A stretch of 63,508 bases of DNA, the filler included, from Octopus bimaculoides (taxonomy: Eukaryota), in assembly GCF_001194135.2 (NCBI RefSeq). It is 5 parts of 4 records of this genome, joined end to end, with 100 filler letters (N's around TTAATTAATTAA, not from the genome) between each part and the next. Parts side by side here need not be neighbours in the genome. Positions count along the whole stretch, not along the records: positions 21,674 to 49,580 come from NC_069003.1; positions 49,681 to 51,841 come from NW_026300326.1; 3 more parts are not named here. One strand, 5' to 3'. Each line of letters begins with the position of its first letter. The first letter of the stretch is position 1. Of this stretch, positions 37,807-50,789 are shown piece by piece. The notes below the pieces were generated by a model. That model searched no databases and had not been told where the DNA came from. It was given only the letters and a program-made list of their open reading frames with translations. Made by a program: the position numbers and the translations under genes.

Positions 37807-38084
37807 GAAAAAAATCATATAACACAAAACAAAAACAACAAATAAGATAAAGGGAAACAAGAGGAAATGTAATAAATAAATAAATAAATAAATATGAGAC
37901 AAGGAACTCTGCTAATAATTGCTTCAATAAGAACTCTTGGAATGTCATATAATCAGTTCAGAAATTGGTAAGTAATCACAGAATGTTTCAAGTTTCTAGT
38001 CTTTGGTCTCTTGTCTATTCTATGGTGGGAGTTTATTGAAGCTGGTGTGTGATATGGGAAATGTTACACATACACACAGGCACC

Positions 38085-38085
<1 letters not shown>

Positions 38086-38166
<81 letters not shown>
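38086..38166. repeat. (CA)n microsatellite
   Basis: About 80 bp of pure CA. Confidence 0.95.
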
Positions 38167-38171
<5 letters not shown>

Positions 38172-38865
38172 ATGCGCGTATTCAGAGAATGGGAGAGAGG
38201 AGCTAAGCAGGAGAGAGAAAGGAGGGGATAGATAGATAGATAGATAGATAAATAGAGAGTTACTAAACTTGGAGAGAACGTGAAATGATTATTTTGGAAA
38301 CCCCATCTTTAACCATGACGGACATTATACTACCGTAATGTGCTCCATTATGTTTACTGGTGATAAGTGGGTTCGGGTCAGGCAAGCAGCCATCGACATT
38401 TTCTTTCCAAGGTGCTTTTAAACCTAATATTTGTATCTTATTATTTATAGTTTAATTTGCTTCGAGAGCCACTGTTCCCGACAAGAATTATGTGTGTGTC
38501 TGTGTGTGTTTCAAGTTTTATAAATGCTAATTGAAGCAATTTTTAATTAACTCATATGTATGTGTGCGTATATGTATGTGCATGTGTGTGTGCACGAATG
38601 TACATATATTATATATACATGTGTGTGTGTATATATGTGTGTATATATATATATATATATAAATGCATATATATATATACAGATGCATATATACATACAT
38701 ATATATATATATATACAGAGATGCATATACATACAGTCATATGGTGTCGCATTCGTTTGCATATATGTGTGTGTATACATGTGTGTGCACGTATGTACAT
38801 ATATTATATATGTATGTGTGTGTATGTGTATATACACAGATGTATATACATACACATAAATTTGC

Positions 38866-38908
<43 letters not shown>

Positions 38909-39449
38909 CATGTTTGTCTACATATGTATATACGTGCGTATATGTATATCTCCTCAAGTTCACCCACGATCTGTCTTTTCCCTTCATATCTTTCGTTTAT
39001 TTTTTCTAGCTCATTCCTTGATCCAATTCTGTTGGATCAACACCCATATCTTTTGTACGTTTTCTTATTCTTCATCCTACTCCTCCCCCTCTTTCTTCCC
39101 TTTCCTCTTCTTTTTCTTCACCATCGTCATCATCATCACCACCACTATCGGCCATAGATACTGTTATTAGAGCCGCTTTATTTTTCCTGAATCACTTTGA
39201 TATTTGACAACCTTGAGCACTCAATGACATATGTAAATAGTTCCCAGCGATTTTTTTTTTTTTGTTTTGAAAATATGTAAATACGCCCACTCATAAATAC
39301 AACTCACACACACACACATCACACACACACACGCACACAGACATATATGTGTACGTATGCACGTACACGCATGTAGACATGTGTTAAAAGCAAATACATA
39401 CAAGCATAACATATAGATCCTCGCGTGTCTGCATATGTGTGTTGTATGC

Positions 39450-39491
<42 letters not shown>

Positions 39492-39494
39492 TAA

Positions 39495-40158
39495 ACACAC
39501 ACAGAATCACAAAAGGAACGTCGCACACATACTAAATAGGAACCGGTTTATTAACAGACTGCCATAGCATTGATTGAAGAGTGCTAATTAAGAAACCGTT
39601 CTTTCCTAATGATAAAACATCTTTCCTGAAACATGTTTGACGTCATATGGTGTCACGTGATGACGGAGTGTCCTGGATCCAAAGTGACGAACTCAATATC
39701 TTGTGTGGCCACCGTTATCGTTGATTACTGACAAGCATCTTCTGTACATTGAATGCACCAAACGATTGATGAAGGCTACGGGGACAGCAGAGAGTTGTGC
39801 AGCAGTTGTCGGCCTTGGACAGGTGTCATTTAATCCCTTGGATTTCGTCCCACAGGTGCTCTAGGGGGAGGGAGTTCAAGTCCGGACTTAGGGAAAGCCA
39901 TGGCAGTGTCTGGATGTTGTGCTGTTGGAGGAAGTCTGTTGTCAACCTGTGCAGTACGGGCGTTGTCGTGTAGAAACACGTGATTCCGATGACGGACAAA
40001 GTATGACACAATGTGAGGCCTCAACATTTGCTCGATGTAGCGAGCAGCGGTCACTCCATTGCCCCGACCTTAGTCGATGTTTTGGAAGAACACCAGTCCG
40101 AGTATCTGGTTGAGTGCAGTCCCGTCTCATACCATGATGCCCTGTCCTCCCCACGAGT
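39495..40158 (-). mobile_element. Decayed Tc1 (DD34E-type) transposon, catalytic C-terminal half plus right end
   Basis: GGQGIMV*, VTAARYIEQMLRPH, FLHDNAR, TDFLQQHNIQTLPW.SLSPDLN..EHLWDEI and INRLVHSMYRRCLSVINDNGGHTRY* (stop at 39693-39695), spread over frameshifts. Confidence 0.92.
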
Positions 40159-40174
40159 CTCTCTCTCCACAAAA

Positions 40175-40340
40175 ACATATGTGTATGTTTTTGTGCCTTT
40201 GTTTGTCCCCCATCACCGCTTGACAACCGGTGTTGGTGTATTTATGTCCCTATAACTTAGCGGCTCTGCAAAACAGACCGATTGAATAAGCACTAGGGTT
40301 TTTAAAAAATAAGTCACGGGCTCGATTTGTTTGGCTAAAA
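40175..40340 (+). mobile_element. SINE family A, 3' half
   Basis: tttgtcccccatcaccgcttgacaaccggtgttggtgt...taacttagcgg...gaataagcactagg. Confidence 0.8.
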
Positions 40341-40494
40341 CAAAAGAGATCTTTATGCACATATATGCGATTAAGCACATATACGCACACATACACACAT
40401 ATGGTATATACATATATATATAATATATATGTTATATATATATATATATAATCGCATATACGAGAATAAAGATACACACACACACACATATATA

Positions 40495-40715
40495 TAAATG
40501 TAGCTACATGTGGATTGTTGGCGATTGTTTTCCCTCCGTCTTCCTTTTCTCTGGAACTTTCCTCTGTCTCCTGTTTCTGAAGAAGAGCTTTACTCGAAAT
40601 GTTAAGCACCCTTTCTTTCCTTCTCTGAGCGCCTATTAATACTTTGCATGTACCACGTGCTCGCGTTGTTGCTTCTTTTCTTATGTTTTTATCTTTGTTT
40701 TTCTTTTTTTTTGGT
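40495..40715 (+). mobile_element. Small non-coding repeat carrying a hammerhead-like motif (copy 3 of 3)
   Basis: Aligns with 23705-23905. Confidence 0.65.
40572..40608 (+). ncRNA. Minimal hammerhead-ribozyme-like motif
   Basis: TGTTT-CTGAAGA-A-GAGC-ttt-ACTC-GAAA-T-GTT-AAGCA; canonical CUGANGA and GAAA boxes. Confidence 0.4.
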
Positions 40716-41604
40716 GGGGGATTAATTATATATATATATATATATAAACATGCAAATATGTAAACATGGAGAGAACATTTACAATATCGTTCAATCAACC
40801 TGCTAAAAATAACAGCCACGACCCTTACATACCACACCTTACTGCCTTTATAAATAGAAGGATATATTGGTTAACATAGCTAGAGACAGTGTTATTTAGT
40901 TAATTATATTCAGAGTCGCAATGCGTTACGGAAAGGTCAAGGCATTTAATCATATGTCTACTGGATCACAGTCGACCTGGGGTTAAATAACGAAACTAAC
41001 AGAAATTAAATTTCAGAAAAAAAGGATGCCGTATTTGATGGCAAGGTTTGTTGAAGGGGTTGATTAGAATGGAGAGAATGGGGGTTTTAAGCAGGGGTGG
41101 TGTCTGGAAAGCAGACGACAGGTCTACTCAAATAGCCGTGGGTGTGTATAATGTTTTGGATATTAGAACTAAAAGGAAATGCTTCCTGCAAAATGCTTAT
41201 TTATTTTAAGTTTCATTTTTAAGGTTTGTAATATATATGTATACGCATGTGCGTGCGTGTGTGTGTGTATGTGTGTGTGTGTAAATAGATAAATAGATAG
41301 ATAGATATACATACATGCATGCAGATATGTGTATTTTCACATACACGTATACAAATATATACATATAAATACATATGTATACAGACATATGTATATATGC
41401 GTTTACACACATACAAACACACATATACATATATACAGTATAAATACATGTATTATGCATATGTCTTTGTGTGTGTGTTTATGTATGTATATTTTATATA
41501 TNNNNNNNNNNATATATTATCATACATGTATATGTAAGTGTTTATATATTAGTATATATACACATATGTATATGTATATATATATATACATGTATATATA
41601 CATA

Positions 41605-41651
<47 letters not shown>

Positions 41652-42181
41652 TATATGCTTGTACACATACGTAACTGATTATATACACGTACACTTACAC
41701 ACACATGTACATGCATATACATACACAAAAAAAAGCCAGTTTATGTTTGTTGTTTGGAGCAAGTAACCTCAACTTAAATAAACAACTCCAAATACCAAAT
41801 AGGAACAAAAGGGGGAGGAGCATAATATATTTATTATTGCTAAAAAATATTCGGTACTGACTCGGAGTTTTTTCGTCTAGCGATTCCAACGCAATGTTTA
41901 AGTTGCAACTTAAGAAATCGCTGTTTTGTATGTGTGTATATGACATTTCATATCGTATTTTCCGGCATACAAATCGAGGTAATATATAGAGTAAACATTC
42001 AAACGCGTTTTCAAATATTTATTATCTCTTTCCAAATGGAATATTTGGTTATCTTGGCGTATAAGTCGACCTGCCTTAAATTTTGGTTGTAAAATTTGGT
42101 CTGAAAGAATTCGACTTGGTTATTGGAAAATAAGATGTGTTTGTCGATATATTGTTGCCCCGTCCGTTACGTTGATACGTG

Positions 42182-42300
42182 AAGGAACGTGGCGTAGTGG
42201 TAAGAGTACTCGATTCACGATCTTCGATCGTGATTTCGAATCCCGGCGGCGCGTTGAGCCCTTGAGTAAGACGTTGCTCCAGTCCACTCAGCTGGCAGAA
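42182..42300 (+). mobile_element. tRNA-derived SINE head (family C, variant 2)
   Basis: TGGCGTAGTGG A box, TTTCGAATCC B box, gttgctccagtccactcagctg shared with 31048-31070. Confidence 0.75.
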
Positions 42301-42995
42301 ATATTTTAAATTCATTTCTACCATATACAGTGTAATGCGTTTCGTACATCTTCAGATTGTGTCAAATACTGTCCGTTAAACCTATGTTCAGTTATCCTGT
42401 TCACAACGTCTAATATTTTTTCCAATTATTTTCTGTTATAAAACAAATCACGTCGAACTACAGGCTTAAGAAAAAAGAACAGTTTAAAAAAAAACATGCC
42501 CGCAACACGAAATAATTTCAGTTCTTCTGTTGAACAAGGATATTTGTTGCATAATTCTGTTCATTTTTCTACGGTACAGAAGAATAGGTTTAATCATAGC
42601 AATGTGTATCATTATTATTATCCAATTTATATTGATAATAATAACTGTTAAGTCACAAATGTACTTTGACAAAGACATTGCATTTCTTCGGTAAATATTA
42701 CGAATTGAATGCGTATGTTGTGTATATCTGACTGTTAGCTTAATCCCCTTGCAGTATGGTTGACTTATAGATTACTTATAGTATTGGTTTGATTTATGCT
42801 CGGTTTCCGTTTTTACCCAGAAAGGATAATCACCAACTTGTATAAACATTACTTATACGAGAGGAAGTACAATAACATTTTACTAATAAATTGATGTCTT
42901 ACCTAATTTTCTCGCATTTTGATCATTATTTTCTTGATTTAATTCGTTGCTATGTGGTCAATGGTTATTGGTTAATATGCTGGGCATTGAAGTAG

Positions 42996-43111
42996 CGTTC
43001 TCACGTTGTTAAATATCTCACGGTGCTCGTTGTGAAATGTCTCCTGGTATTCTCTTTAAATGATTTTCGGTGCTCTCGTTAAAGATCTTCCGGTGCTCTC
43101 GTTAAACATTT
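42996..43111. repeat. Degenerate ~23-bp tandem repeat, about 5 units
   Basis: Units resembling ccggtgctctcgttaaaNatNtt. Confidence 0.6.
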
Positions 43112-43125
43112 CACAGGGACAGTTT

Positions 43126-43172
<47 letters not shown>

Positions 43173-43195
43173 GTCGTCGTCGCTGTTGTTATATA

Positions 43196-43290
43196 AGCCA
43201 GCGAGCTGACACAATCGTTAGCACGCCGGGCGCAAAGCTTAACGTAATTTCGTCCGTCATTCGTTTTAAGTTCAAATGTGCAGCCTTGCG
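43196..43290 (+). mobile_element. SINE family B head fragment
   Basis: gcgagctgacacaatcgttagcacgccgggcg...ttaagttcaaat. Confidence 0.7.
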
Positions 43291-43815
43291 CCTCGAGAAA
43301 GAGTTCTTATCGACATCATCTTCACCATCATCATCATTGTCATCATCATCATTATAATCATCATCATTATTCAGTATTCTTATTTTCATTGATTGTTTTC
43401 ACTGCAATGCTTTGTTTCAATTTTGTGTTTCTTTTTTTTTTTTTTCGCTGTTTTGAATGTGTTCTGCGTAATTTATGTGAGCATTACCTAGCCGTATTAT
43501 TTCCTAATTATGATTTATATATTAATTTCAAAGTTTTTACTTAGCCATTTGTTTGTTTTTTCCCCTTTCTTTAAAATAATTTCCAAAGGCAGTGTTTCAG
43601 GCCTTACATTCGGGTTATCTCTATTTCCAAGTATTTAGAGAATTTCGCCATCACTTTTGGACATCCATAAGGAACGGTTGAGACTGATATGACGACGAGG
43701 AGGCCAATGTTTTCTTGGCTACATATTAACATATCTTCGGGTATGGCTACTTTGCCCTTCTGGGAGACTTTTTTGTGGTGTATGCCTATGCCATCGTTTT
43801 TTCTGCCGTTGTTGT

Positions 43816-43868
<53 letters not shown>

Positions 43869-43900
43869 TTATTATTATTATCATTATTACTATCATTATC

Positions 43901-44290
43901 GATCTCAGGACGTACCTTTTAAGCCAAGTACTTATTCTATCATTCTCTTTTGCCGAGCCGTTAAGTTACGGGGACCTAAACGCACCAACATCGGTTATCA
44001 AGTTGTGATAGGGGAGGGGGCTGACAAACACAGGCACAAAGCCCCCCCACACACACACACACATAGATATATACATACATATATATGTGTGTGTGTGTGT
44101 GTTTGTGTGCGTGTATGCATATATATGTATACAACGGGTTTCTTTCAGTTTCTATCTACAAAATCCACCCAAAAGTCTATGGTTGACCTATGGCTATAGT
44201 AGAAGACACTTGCCCAAGGTGCCACACAGTGGGACTGCACCTGGAAACCATGTGGTTGGGAAGCAAGCTTCTTACCACACAGCCACGCCT
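43901..44290 (-). mobile_element. SINE family A, near full length
   Basis: Head at 44130-44290, (CA)/(TG) spacer, tail at 43901-44030. Confidence 0.88.
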
Positions 44291-44666
44291 ATTAGCAATT
44301 GCGTATATATGTGTAGATTTATGGTAAACGTGACCAATGGAACCCTTTATTTCATTAAAGGTATGATATTTTATCNNNNNNNNNNNNNNNNNNNNNNNNN
44401 NNNNNNNNNNNNNNNNNNNNNNNNNNNNNNNNNNNNNNNNNNNNNNNNNNNNNNNNNNNNNNNNNNNNNNNNNNNNNNNNNNNNNNNNNNNNNNNNNNNN
44501 NNNNNNNNNNNNNNNNNNNNNNNNNNNNNNNNNNNNNNNNNNNNNNNNNNNNNNNNNNNNNNNNNNNNNNNNNNNNNNNNNNNNNNNNNNNNNNNNNNNN
44601 NNNNNNNNNNNNNNNNNNNNNNNNNNNNNNNNNNNNNNNNNNNNNNNNNNNNNNNNNNNNNNNNNN

Positions 44667-44697
<31 letters not shown>

Positions 44698-45927
44698 CCC
44701 TCTTGTTTCCAGTCCTCTGCGACACTTTTATGGCGTCGGCACTTTTGGGTCTGTCGTAAAAGTCGGTATCGGAGGCGGAGCAACAAACTCAAGTGCTTCT
44801 CTGGGCGTCACATACTCTAGTTACGCCACTGACCGTAAGTCGTGACGGGACCCATACGACTCGACGAGGAATTGAAGGTACAAATAAAGAAAGAAAACTG
44901 ATAGGATAGTCACGGCTGGAATGATTTTTATCAAATGTGTTCTGATCAATCAAGGCTTACCTGGGGCTAAACAAAGACGATGATATACATAAAAAAGAAG
45001 GGGACAGTAAGTTTAACAAGGATCAACATATTGTGAAATGTAGTCTTAGATATATCATGTCTGAATAGAATAACGGGCTGCTTAAAAGCGGCATGCCTTT
45101 CGTTATCAGTCAATTAATCCGTCTGGATCCACCTGGAAGCTAAACAACAGCCACAGCAACAACAACAACAGAAACAACAACAACATCAAAAACAAGAATT
45201 GCAAACAAAGCAACAAAAACTAACAGAGCGCTCGGAATATATATATGTTTGTGTTGGTTTTTTTATTTTTTTTTTTTTTATAATTTATTATCTTTTGTCC
45301 AATGTTCAGAGGAATGCGACGAAACACAAAGATAAGCATTAAACCACTCAACTGTATCTGCGTTTTGTGTTTTCTTTTCACCCTCATCTGCCCTCATTCA
45401 TCTTGTATATTCCAGTTTCACTTCACGCTTCATTGCTCGGCATTTAGTATTTAACATCTTGCAACATTCTCTACAGCTAACCACGGGGCATTTTTTTTTT
45501 GTTTTTTTTTTCGCTCCTTGTTGTTATTGTTTTTCTATCATATATATATAATTTATATTATTCTTTTGTGTTATTCCTTTTTTTGTTCCACTCACACTTT
45601 CACCGAACCGTTTAATGACTTGAGGGTCTTGTAAGAGAATATCTTTTTGAGTCAACAACATTTCTCCTTCGTATGTATGTATGTATGCATGTATATGTGT
45701 ATGTATATGTGTATGTATGTGTATATGTTTGTATGCATGCATATGTGTATGTATTTCTGTATGTTGTATACATACATATATGTATATATGTATGTAGGTA
45801 GGTATATCTGTACGTATTCATGTATGTTAATATGCATGTGTGCATGTATGCATGTATATATATATATATATATGTATGTATATTTGCACACATATAAATC
45901 TATACACACACATGTATGTATGTATGC

Positions 45928-45973
<46 letters not shown>

Positions 45974-46021
45974 ATTTGCACACATNNNNNNNNNNTACAC
46001 ACACATGTATGTATGTATGTA

Positions 46022-46054
<33 letters not shown>

Positions 46055-46586
46055 ATATATATAAATATATCACACATGCATATACACAGCCACACATATA
46101 TGCATTATAAATATACATATATTTATATAAAAAATGATGTATCTGTATATGTAGAAATATAATAACTATATGTATGTGTATATATATATATATATATATA
46201 CATACATGCACACACACATGCACTTACACATATACATAATACATACACATCCGCTTTATTTTACCCCATACCTACGTTTTTGATTTTGGAGGCGGAGTTG
46301 GTTATAGGCTTTGTTCAATAAAGTTGTCATAAGAAAGCCGAACTACGTACACATATCCTGATTGTGGAAGTTGAGAAACATCTTAACTGTTATTCACAGT
46401 TTCATGTAACCGATCATCAGACTGATATATAACTTCTGCCTGATGATTGGAGAACTACAACAAAACCGTATATCTTACACTACTTTTGATAAACGAATAT
46501 TATGAACTTTGCATTGCTTAACGCGCTTCTATGTATGTATATGTGTGTGTGTGTATTTATTGTGCATATGTCTATGTCTATATATA

Positions 46587-46625
<39 letters not shown>

Positions 46626-47770
46626 TATAAATAATACAGAATGGGACGAGAACGCAAAACATCCAGACAGTTAGATGATACAAGAAAGGGACAAAACATA
46701 CAGATAGACGATACAAAGAAAACACGGACATGTCATTCGGAGTTTTCTCTCTTCAGTNNNNNNNNNNNNNNNNNNNNNNNNNNNNNNNNNNNNNNNNNNN
46801 NNNNNNNNNNNNNNNNNNNNNNNNNNNNNNNNNNNNNNNNNNNNNNNNNNNNNNNNNNNNNNNNNNNNNNNNNNNNNNNNNNNNNNNNNNNNNNNNNNNN
46901 NNNNNNNNNNNNNNNNNNNNNNNNNNNNNNNNNNNNNNNNNNNNNNNNNNNNNNNNNNNNNNNNNNNNNNNNNNNNNNNNNNNNNNNNNNNNNNNNNNNN
47001 NNNNNNNNNNNNNNNNNNNNNNNNNNNNNNNNNNNNNNNNNNNNNNNNNNNNNNNNNNNNNNNNNNNNNNNNNNNNNNNNNNNNNNNNNNNNNNNNNNNN
47101 NNNNNNNNNNNNNNNNNNNNNNNNNNNNNNNNNNNNNNNNNNNNNNNNNNNNNNNNNNNNNNNNNNNNNNNNNNNNNNNNNNNNNNNNNNNNNNNNNNNN
47201 NNNNNNNNNNNNNNNNNNNNNNNNNNNNNNNNNNNNNNNNNNNNNNNNNNNNNNNNNNNNNNNNNNNNNNNNNNNNNNNNNNNNNNNNNNNNNNNNNNNN
47301 NNNNNNNNNNNNNNNNNNNNNNNNNNNNNNNNNNNNNNNNNNNNNNNNNNNNNNNNNNNNNNNNNNNNNNNNNNNNNNNNNNNNNNNNNNNNNNNNNNNN
47401 NNNNNNNNNNNNNNNNNNNNNNNNNNNNNNNNNNNNNNNNNNNNNNNNNNNNNNNNNNNNNNNNNNNNNNNNNNNNNNNNNNNNNNNNNNNNNNNNNNNN
47501 NNNNNNNNNNNNNNNNNNNNNNNNNNNNNNNNNNNNNNNNNNNNNNNNNNNNNNNNNNNNNNNNNNNNNNNNNNNNNNNNNNNNNNNNNNNNNNNNNNNN
47601 NNNNNNNNNNNNNNNNNNNNNNNNNNNNNNNNNNNNNNNNNNNNNNNNNNNNNNNNNNNNNNNNNNNNNNNNNNNNNNNNNNNNNNNNNNNNNNNNNNNN
47701 NNNNNNNNNNNNNNNNNNNNNNNNNNNNNNNNNNNNNNNNNNNNNNNNNNNNNNTATATATATATATATA

Positions 47771-47804
<34 letters not shown>

Positions 47805-48005
47805 GGTTGACGAGGGTATTGGATTTAACCAAACCCAAAAGGATACAGGTAATACCGAGTAAGTGCTGTATACCGGCTAGTTATGCCCCATTCGTTGTAT
47901 AAACAGGATTGGAGATTATAAGTCGTGTATTAGCGTGTGTATGCATAAAGAGAGAAGAGGATAAAGAGAACAATGGCAAAGTTAGAAATATATTTTATGG
48001 ATAGA

Positions 48006-48054
48006 GTCTTACAGCTGTTTCAGGGAAAATCCAATGCATCCCTTCATCGGAGAC
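48006..48054 (-). ncRNA. Type-I hammerhead-ribozyme-like motif with palindromic stem III
   Basis: RNA GUCU-CCGAUGA-AGGGA-(12 nt)-UCCCU-GAAA-CAGCUG-UA-AGAC: all three stems pair perfectly; one core deviation (U4C). Confidence 0.6.
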
Positions 48055-48111
48055 AGAAATAGAAGAGGAATCGATTATTATATCTATAAGCGGAGAGTTA
48101 TAGTAGGAAGT

Positions 48112-48220
<109 letters not shown>

Positions 48221-48994
48221 CACGCACTTATATTTAGTGTGTTATAGACAGCAAGGGACTTTGACATCGTGAATTTAGAATGCTTTTTACTAGTAGTCTG
48301 CGATGAGTTTCTCTCTGCAGTAGGCGCAACTCTTTTCCTGTTTAGTAGACTAGAGTAGTGCTTTAGTGAACAGTACCGCCCCTGTGGGACGGTGGAAAAA
48401 AACTTATATGGGTACTGGGGACAAATGGGAAGTCAGGGTGAGGTGGGGGGAAACAGATACATCTAAAACAGTTATCTTAGACTTTGTTTCCTATTTAAAT
48501 ATTTATTTAAAATTCTTTTAGATGAAATATTATTCTAAACAGCTTGTTAGTTCACAACTACAATAACAAAAACAGTGACAAGAACAACAAAAACAACAAT
48601 AATAATAATAATAATATTAATAAAAATAATAACAATAATAATAATAATAAAAATAATAATAATGACAATGACACTAGTAGTAGTAGTAGTAGTAGTAGTA
48701 GACTTCAGAATATTAATAGGTGAATATACAAGAACTGAATGTATACCATCTGTGTATGTAAATTATAAATAATAAGTTAAATGAAATTTTTAAAATGTCG
48801 TCAAAATGCGTGGGTATTTTTATACATAGAATAAAGGCATCCACTGCACTTGTTGTTTTAAGTAATGACCTGGCATAGATATCCATTTATATGGATATAT
48901 GTACATGCTTGAATTTCAGTCATTCGCGCTACGGGTGTCATCTACTAATTTTATAATTTATTCGTGTGTCTAAACAGACAGGGAAATCAATATA

Positions 48995-49320
48995 CGAGCA
49001 TACCTCAACTTACGTCGTCTTGAGTTACAGCTTTTTCGAATTTACGTCGTTTGTTCAAGAAACTAATGTCAAAAAATATATCTCGACTTCAGTCTATATT
49101 TACACCGGTTTTAGCGAACATAGTTACAAGCATAAGATTTATGAAAAAGAAAAAAAAAAAATTAAACATCTAAAAGCAAAAACGAAATGGAAAATAAAGC
49201 GTAATACATGAGAAAATATGTAAAAATCATTAATTAAAAACAGATAAAACCTAAAAATGTCTAAAATGATTTGTTTTCCTTTTTTCGCTTGAAATCGTTT
49301 TGGGGGTTAAGTCTTGGAAC
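48995..49320. mobile_element. Possible Tigger/pogo-like non-autonomous fragment
   Basis: TA|cgagcatacctcaacttacg resembles Tigger-type CCTCGACTTACG termini; the second end was not found. Confidence 0.3.
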
Positions 49321-49349
49321 CTGTTAAGGACCAAAGTTGAGCTATTGTT

Positions 49350-49510
49350 TTATTCGTTTACTTGTTTCAGTCATTTGACTGCGGCCATGCTGGAGCATCA
49401 TCTTGAAGGGCTTTAGTCAAACAAATCGATCCTAAGACTTATTTTTTTAAAAGCCTAGTACTTCTTATTCTATCGGTCTCTTTTTGCCGAGACGCTGGAC
49501 ATAAACACAG
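49350..49510 (-). mobile_element. SINE family A 3' tail
   Basis: acttgtttcagtcatttgactgcggccatgctggagc...tattctatcggtctcttttgccga. Confidence 0.85.
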
Positions 49511-49859
49511 ACACAGACACACACACACTCACTCTTCATTAATATAGCGTTTCGGCGAAAGAGGGACCCGGTAGTATTAGNNNNNNNNNNNNNNNNNNNN
49601 NNNNNNNNNNNNNNNNNNNNNNNNTTAATTAATTAANNNNNNNNNNNNNNNNNNNNNNNNNNNNNNNNNNNNNNNNNNNNTCCTGAAGAAGGACCATGTC
49701 CAAACGTTGGAGCTTTCACTTCTCATGGCAAGTTCGCTGCATGCTGTCTGTCGATTTTTCTGCATCTGGAAATGTAGTGGAGAGTGACAGAATGAAAGGG
49801 CCACAATTAGACAGACTGGTATATATAGATAGCAAATGTTAGGGTTCTTAATTTATAAA

Positions 49860-50345
49860 CATCAGGAGTAGTGGGGGCATCCTTCCATCTGCCTATTACT
49901 AAGTTGGCAATGAGATTCAGGCGACTGACTGGATGCATTCTTAAAGCTTACAGAACGAGAGAGAGAGTGGGGAAGCCATGGTGGTTCCCTGGAAGATATT
50001 TGCCCTAAGCCGTCTTGAATACTGCTTCCAACTCTGGTCAGCAGACAGTGTGAAATGAAGAGCAGAACACAGAGCAGTTAGCAAAGCTACTCAAAGAAGA
50101 TAATGTCAATGCATCGAATTAGCTACTTGGGAAAGATTCAAGTGGTTCAGACTACACACCCTGCAATGAAGGCAGGAAATGTATGCTGCAATCTACGGCT
50201 GGAAGATCCTGGAAGGATTTCTTCCAAACTTTGATGTTGAAAGTTATACAACTTCTTAAAGTAGGAGGGGGGCATTGCATGATGCCTAAAGACCCTACCC
50301 TGCTGTCAAAATACAATTCCAGACACGCATGTATGAGTATGTAAA
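49860..50345 (+). mobile_element. Decayed CR1/L2-group LINE ORF2 C-terminal fragment
   Basis: Broken frames give TGCILKAYRTRE, WKIFALSRLEYCFQLWS, SYLGKIQVVQTTHPA and IYGWKILEGFLPNF, matching the post-RT LEYCS.LWSP...Y.ERL..L.L.SL..RR....WKIL.G region. Confidence 0.75.
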
Positions 50346-50789
50346 GATAATTTGGTGGTGGGCGTGGTATATGTGTGTGTGAGTATGAAGCCTATTTGAG
50401 CGTCTGTGTATTATGAGAGCATGTGTGTGAGAATGTGTGAGATTGTCTATGTGTGTGACTATCAGATGTGCAGCTGTTAATGCGTATGTGTATAGCTTGT
50501 AGGAGTAGTGTGAACACGTGTGTATGTTCTTGTGTGAGTCATTCTGTGTGCGTGTAATACTGATGTGTGCGTGTGTATTATATGTGAACATCGCGCGTGT
50601 GTGTGTGTGTGTGTGTGTGNNNNNNNNNNGTGTGTGTGTGTTTGTGTATGCATGTGTATGAGCATGTCCTTGTTTTCAGTTGGTGTGCGTATGTTGTTAG
50701 ATAAAGTGTTTTCTCTGTGCAGTTGATATGTTTGTGAATATTCTGTGCTTCTGCCGATGTGTGTGTAAGGTCGCATGTACGTGTGTGTG

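Noticed and set aside
44690-44845. GC-richer open frame YNPLVSSPLRHFYGVGTFGSVVKVGIGGG...
   Set aside because: Contains CAGTGGCGTAACTAG on the minus strand, typical of hAT-type MITE termini; more likely a TE relic than an exon.
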